Of a DNA stretch of 64,000 nt, positions 60,113 through 64,000 are shown in pieces. The notes under the pieces were generated by a model, which was not told the origin of the DNA, did no database searches, and was given only the letters and a program-made list of their open reading frames with translations. The position numbers were made by a program, and so were the translations under genes. The stretch spans positions 64,001 through 128,000 of the IMG/VR virus record IMGVR_UViG_3300042923_000619; one strand, 5' to 3'. Position 1 is the stretch's first letter, and each line of letters opens with the position of its first letter. This DNA comes from a virus.

Positions 60113-60174
60113 TAAAGATATATTAAAATAAGGTTTAGAGAGTACCTTTAAACTCTCTAAATAATAAATATGGA

Positions 60175-60645
60175 GTGATAACAATGATATATAGTAAAGG
60201 ATTTAAAAATGAATTTGAGAAGGCTCAAGTTAATTATATAAAAGCAAAAGTAAATAATGACAACATAGAAGAAATAGCGAAAGAATGTAAGCAAAAAGTT
60301 TTAAATGAAAATGTTTTTCTTGAAGAAGAAACAGAAGAAAGAATATTAAAACCTAATGCAGATTTTTTAATGGGTGAATCTGATTTTGAACAATATTGTA
60401 AGCTTGTATATGAACAAGAATTAAAAAGAGGTTTAGAAGTTCCTTCATTTGATACTACAGCGAATTATCAAACAAGACCAGCTTTATTAAAGGCGGAAAA
60501 TGAATTACTTGAAATGGGATTAAAAGCAGTAAAAGAAGAAGATCTAATTAAAAAAGGAAGTAGTTATGACCAATTAAGAAGAGCTTTTAATATTACTAAA
60601 TCTAGGGAAGAATTTTTGAATTTATATAGTACAATGAATTTATAA
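60175..60645 (+). CDS. Hypothetical protein
   Basis: GGAG RBS; terminator AGTTGGAGTAATCCAGCT-T run follows. Confidence 0.6.
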   Translation: MITMIYSKGFKNEFEKAQVNYIKAKVNNDNIEEIAKECKQKVLNENVFLEEETEERILKPNADFLMGESDFEQYCKLVYEQELKRGLEVPSFDTTANYQTRPALLKAENELLEMGLKAVKEEDLIKKGSSYDQLRRAFNITKSREEFLNLYSTMNL

Positions 60646-60841
60646 AAGTTGGAGTAATCCAGCTTTTCTTTTTTGCAATAAAACTCTATTAAATAGCCTT
60701 ACAATCCATTTTAAAAGCTTAAAGAATAAATAATACTATAATAGCATAAACACGTTTAAATCAGCTATAAACTACACTCAATACATGATAAAATAAGAAT
60801 TTTAACTCCTGATATTATTAATTAATTTATTTAAAAAATTC

Positions 60842-60870
60842 TTGCAATTAATATATGGGTATGATATTAT
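60842..60870 (+). promoter_or_regulatory. sigmaA promoter
   Basis: TTGCAA-17-TATTAT; AACAAATTAAT at 60886. Confidence 0.6.
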
Positions 60871-60911
60871 AATATTAACAAGAAAAACAAATTAATTATA
60901 AATGAAGGAGA

Positions 60912-61112
60912 TTGATTATAATGAAAAATACAAAAATGATGTTACAATTATTAAATACTACATATGGAGAACAAATTAAAAAACAAGCAGAAGAAACTGG
61001 ACAAAAATTTGAAGATTTATTTAAAGAACTAGTATATAGATTTATAAATATAAGTGAAGATGCAAAAGCAGTATTTGAAAATGAATTGTATGAAGAATTA
61101 AAAATAATATAA
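60912..61112 (+). CDS. Hypothetical protein
   Basis: AAGGAG RBS; hairpin AACCCTTAG/CTAAGGGTT follows. Confidence 0.55.
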   Translation: MIIMKNTKMMLQLLNTTYGEQIKKQAEETGQKFEDLFKELVYRFINISEDAKAVFENELYEELKII

Positions 61113-61205
61113 GTATCAAAACCCTTAGATATTTTTCTAAGGGTTAAGTTAAAAAGTATTGTTAATTCATGTAAATTTAAAATAATTATGAAGGAGCGAA
61201 TATAA

Positions 61206-61685
61206 ATGAATGAAAATGAAGTATATGTAATTTACAAAGACAATAAACCATATAGGACAGGAAGTAAAAATGCAGTTTATTTAAATAAACAACAAGCTAT
61301 CAATACATTATTGCAACATTGTAAAGAAAAAGCGAGACAAAAATGGAATAAAGATATTAAATACAATCAGAATGTATATGAATTTAAATTTTTGTCTAAA
61401 GATGAACAAAATTGGTTAATTAGACAAGAATTTAAAAATTATTCGATTCATATATTTAAAGAATCGAATAATAAAATTAATTATGAAAAAGATTATCCAA
61501 AGGGTACAGAGCCTAAAATAGAAAATGATTATGATGGTTGGAACGTTTTTAAAATGGGAAATGTTACTGAATGTCCTAGTTGTCATAGCACAGAAATTCT
61601 AGGCACACCCAATGAGATAAATGGAAATATAATAAGTAATAATATATGTTGTAATTGTGGTAGAGTCTTTGAAGAAAAGTATTAA
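61206..61685 (+). CDS. Hypothetical protein with C-terminal Zn ribbon
   Basis: CPSC...CCNC. Confidence 0.6.
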   Translation: MNENEVYVIYKDNKPYRTGSKNAVYLNKQQAINTLLQHCKEKARQKWNKDIKYNQNVYEFKFLSKDEQNWLIRQEFKNYSIHIFKESNNKINYEKDYPKGTEPKIENDYDGWNVFKMGNVTECPSCHSTEILGTPNEINGNIISNNICCNCGRVFEEKY

Positions 61686-61700
61686 CAAATAGGTGATTAA

Positions 61701-62015
61701 ATGAAATATATTATAAATGATATTGAAAGATTTACTAAGATGTTTCAAAAAGAAAATTATACACAAGAGAAGATTCAGGAATTATTAAAACTAATTGATA
61801 ATCCTTTAAATATAACTGTAAAATTAAATAAAATTAATGAAGGGATACAAATTACTATAATAGATAATATAATTAATGATAGAACATTTAAGAGTGATTA
61901 TAATGGATATGTGCAGTATTTAATTAATACTTGTTTGTCTGATTTTATGGGAATGAATTCAGATATTAAAAGGAATTATATAAAAAAAGAAATAAATGAT
62001 AATAATTTTCAATAA
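61701..62015 (+). CDS. Hypothetical protein
   Basis: AGGTG RBS. Confidence 0.55.
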   Translation: MKYIINDIERFTKMFQKENYTQEKIQELLKLIDNPLNITVKLNKINEGIQITIIDNIINDRTFKSDYNGYVQYLINTCLSDFMGMNSDIKRNYIKKEINDNNFQ

Positions 62016-62059
62016 ATAATAAAAGTCAACTTTTATTTAAATTTGTCGAATGAATTATA

Positions 62060-62088
62060 TTGAATAATTAATTAATTTGTTTTATAAT
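62060..62088 (+). promoter_or_regulatory. sigmaA promoter with Spo0A-type box
   Basis: TTGAAT-17-TATAAT; TGTCGAA at 62044-62050; operator in the spacer. Confidence 0.6.
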
Positions 62089-62161
62089 TAACTCATAGAT
62101 AAGAGATACATAAAAAATAATTTATAAGTTAAGCCACTTTAAAAGGCATGGAGGTAATATT

Positions 62162-62560
62162 ATGGAAAATATAATTAAATTAGGATTAATCAATGGCAGA
62201 CATCCATTACCAGTAGAAAATTATATTATTGAAGAATCAGAATTAAATTCTTTTACAAAAGAAGAATTAAAACCAATAATTGAAAATGGATTAAAGAAAT
62301 TAAATATACAAAAATATAGAACATTACTTTCGAATTGCTATTATCAATATACAGATAAAGATTATAACAATATTAAAGAAGAAGATATTCCAAGAATAGA
62401 ATTATATATCACAGGGTTAACAATTGTAACATTAGTAACTCTAGAGATTCTTAATTATTGGCAATATGATGTAGATATTATAGGATTTAATCCAGTTACA
62501 AAAGAATATTATTCACAAGGAATATTTAATAAAAATAGTAATAAAAACAGAGAAAAATAA
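62162..62560 (+). CDS. Conserved protein with GRH and LYxTGL motifs
   Basis: GLINGRHPLP...IELYITGLT...YYSQ; GGAGGT RBS. Confidence 0.6.
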   Translation: MENIIKLGLINGRHPLPVENYIIEESELNSFTKEELKPIIENGLKKLNIQKYRTLLSNCYYQYTDKDYNNIKEEDIPRIELYITGLTIVTLVTLEILNYWQYDVDIIGFNPVTKEYYSQGIFNKNSNKNREK

Positions 62561-62645
62561 TTTTTTATACTACATTTGCTTTTGAGTAGATGTAGTATTT
62601 TTTATAAAAACTCAGTTTTATTCATATTTTGTCGAATGAATTCTC

Positions 62646-62674
62646 TTGATATTTCTATTAATTTATTATATACT
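62646..62674 (+). promoter_or_regulatory. sigmaA promoter with Spo0A-type box
   Basis: TTGATA-17-TATACT; TGTCGAA at 62630-62636. Confidence 0.6.
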
Positions 62675-62811
62675 TAATACATAGATAAGGAACAAACAAT
62701 TCTAAGCAGTCAAGCAATGACATAAAAATATATCTAGTGCAAGACTAGAAGAACTATAATAGATAGTAAATACATAATAATAAATTAAAGAAAGAAAAAA
62801 TAATTTGTAAG

Positions 62812-63294
62812 GTGGTTGAAGTTATGCTTAAAGAATGGATAAAACAAGATGATAAAAATTTAATTGCAGAAGGTAACACACGTTTAGTATATAGTTACAC
62901 AATGGATTACATAATAAAAGAAGACGTTTCTGAAGAAGATAAACCATATTTTTGTAATAACTTAGAATACAATATTTATAAAAATTCAACAGATAAAGAA
63001 AAAGAGTTTTTGTGTCCCATAGTTGATATAGTTGAAAATGGTAGATATATTGTATGTCAACAATGCATTCCTTTAGATTGTGTTTTATTAGATACTTATA
63101 GTTTAGATGTTGATGATTTAGATTTATTTCAAGATGTAGAAGATTTTATAAAAGCATATCCTGAATATGAATTAGATTTAAATATATTTTCAGCGTTCTG
63201 TAAAAAGAATAATTTATATGAAGGAGAAGTAAGAATTCTTAACAACTGGGGATTACTTGATAATAAATTAGTTTGTTTGGATTATTCTTTATAA
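62812..63294 (+). CDS. Minimal protein-kinase-like fold protein
   Basis: IAEGNTRLVY, YIIK, N..EY, EVRILNNWG and LDYS motifs. Confidence 0.65.
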   Translation: MVEVMLKEWIKQDDKNLIAEGNTRLVYSYTMDYIIKEDVSEEDKPYFCNNLEYNIYKNSTDKEKEFLCPIVDIVENGRYIVCQQCIPLDCVLLDTYSLDVDDLDLFQDVEDFIKAYPEYELDLNIFSAFCKKNNLYEGEVRILNNWGLLDNKLVCLDYSL

Positions 63295-63485
63295 GAAAAA
63301 ATTTTTTAGACTCATAGTGTCAGAATGGATTCTAAGACGTTTTTCAGGAGTAAGTCATATAATTACACCTATAAAAATAAAATTCAGCTATGAGCTTGAT
63401 AATATAAATAAAAAAATTTTCAGATAAAAAACTTATTTTATCAAAATGTGTCGAACTATTTTATATTAATTTATTTGAAAAAGTA

Positions 63486-63514
63486 TAGACAACAACAAAT
63501 TAATGATATATAAT
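63486..63514 (+). promoter_or_regulatory. sigmaA promoter
   Basis: TAGACA-17-TATAAT; AACAAATTAAT in the spacer; TGTCGAA at 63449. Confidence 0.6.
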
Positions 63515-63638
63515 AAATACATAAAGTAAATCAATTCAAGACAATCAAGCTAGGCAGAAGAATTTTAATTCAACGCAATGTTGGATTTACATATAAAACA
63601 AATTAAATGATAACGAACAGCGAAGGAGTGTATTAATT

Positions 63639-63899
63639 ATGATAAAAGAAATAAATATGTCAGAAAAATATAGAGAAACTGCAATTTTATGTTTTGGAAA
63701 TACTTATTATACAGACTATGACCATCAAAACGCATTAGTAACAGCTTTAGAAGATGAAAATATTGAAATAGATTCAGAGGACGTTAACGCTTGTAAGGAG
63801 ATTGAAAAAGAATATGGAATGTGTGCAATAGATTATTTTGTAGATGATTTTTACACAAATAGAAGTGAAAATGAATACTTATTAATACAAACTGTTTAA
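63639..63899 (+). CDS. Acidic hypothetical protein
   Basis: AAGGAG RBS. Confidence 0.55.
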   Translation: MIKEINMSEKYRETAILCFGNTYYTDYDHQNALVTALEDENIEIDSEDVNACKEIEKEYGMCAIDYFVDDFYTNRSENEYLLIQTV

Positions 63900-64000
63900 T
63901 ATTTAAAATATGCTAATTTAGACTTAATAGAAGAAATTTGGAATGCATATGGTAAATGTTATATAGGGTTTGAAAAAGATTATTCAAATGATTTTGCAAC

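Noticed and set aside
1-64000. Integrase/att sites, protelomerase hairpin site, arbitrium genes, toxin genes, IS elements
   Set aside because: No recognisable motifs in this window; they may lie elsewhere on the replicon

Overview
Very AT-rich (roughly 25% GC by eye) segment of a large temperate siphophage or phage-plasmid of a low-GC Firmicute, most likely a Clostridium (host inferred from composition, LexA/Spo0A-type boxes and the c-st-like partition genes). There are two divergent arms. The left arm (minus strand, about 1-39.9 kb) carries an SPbeta-like late module: YonO-type single-subunit RNA polymerase, HU, beta-CASP nuclease, YonK, metallophosphoesterase, ClpP-like protease, terminase, portal, protease/scaffold, capsid, neck, tail tube and the start of the tape measure. 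It also carries a plasmid-type maintenance module (Rep with 22-bp-period iterons and a DnaA box, TubR/TubZ/TubY) and an FtsK plus replication-relaxation pair. A 1.9-kb non-coding region with LexA-type boxes separates the arms. The right arm (plus strand, 41.8-64 kb) is an array of short promoter-gene-terminator cassettes with strong sigmaA promoters. No integrase, tRNA, rRNA or CRISPR array was seen. The best leads are: (1) a ~500-nt hairpin-dense candidate ncRNA next to the beta-CASP nuclease; (2) two paralogous winged-helix genes, each followed by related 32-bp-period repeats; (3) a regulatory layer combining a recurrent AACAAATTAAT operator with apparent host NrdR box pairs, Spo0A boxes and LexA boxes. 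All family assignments come from motif recognition by eye; no database search was run.
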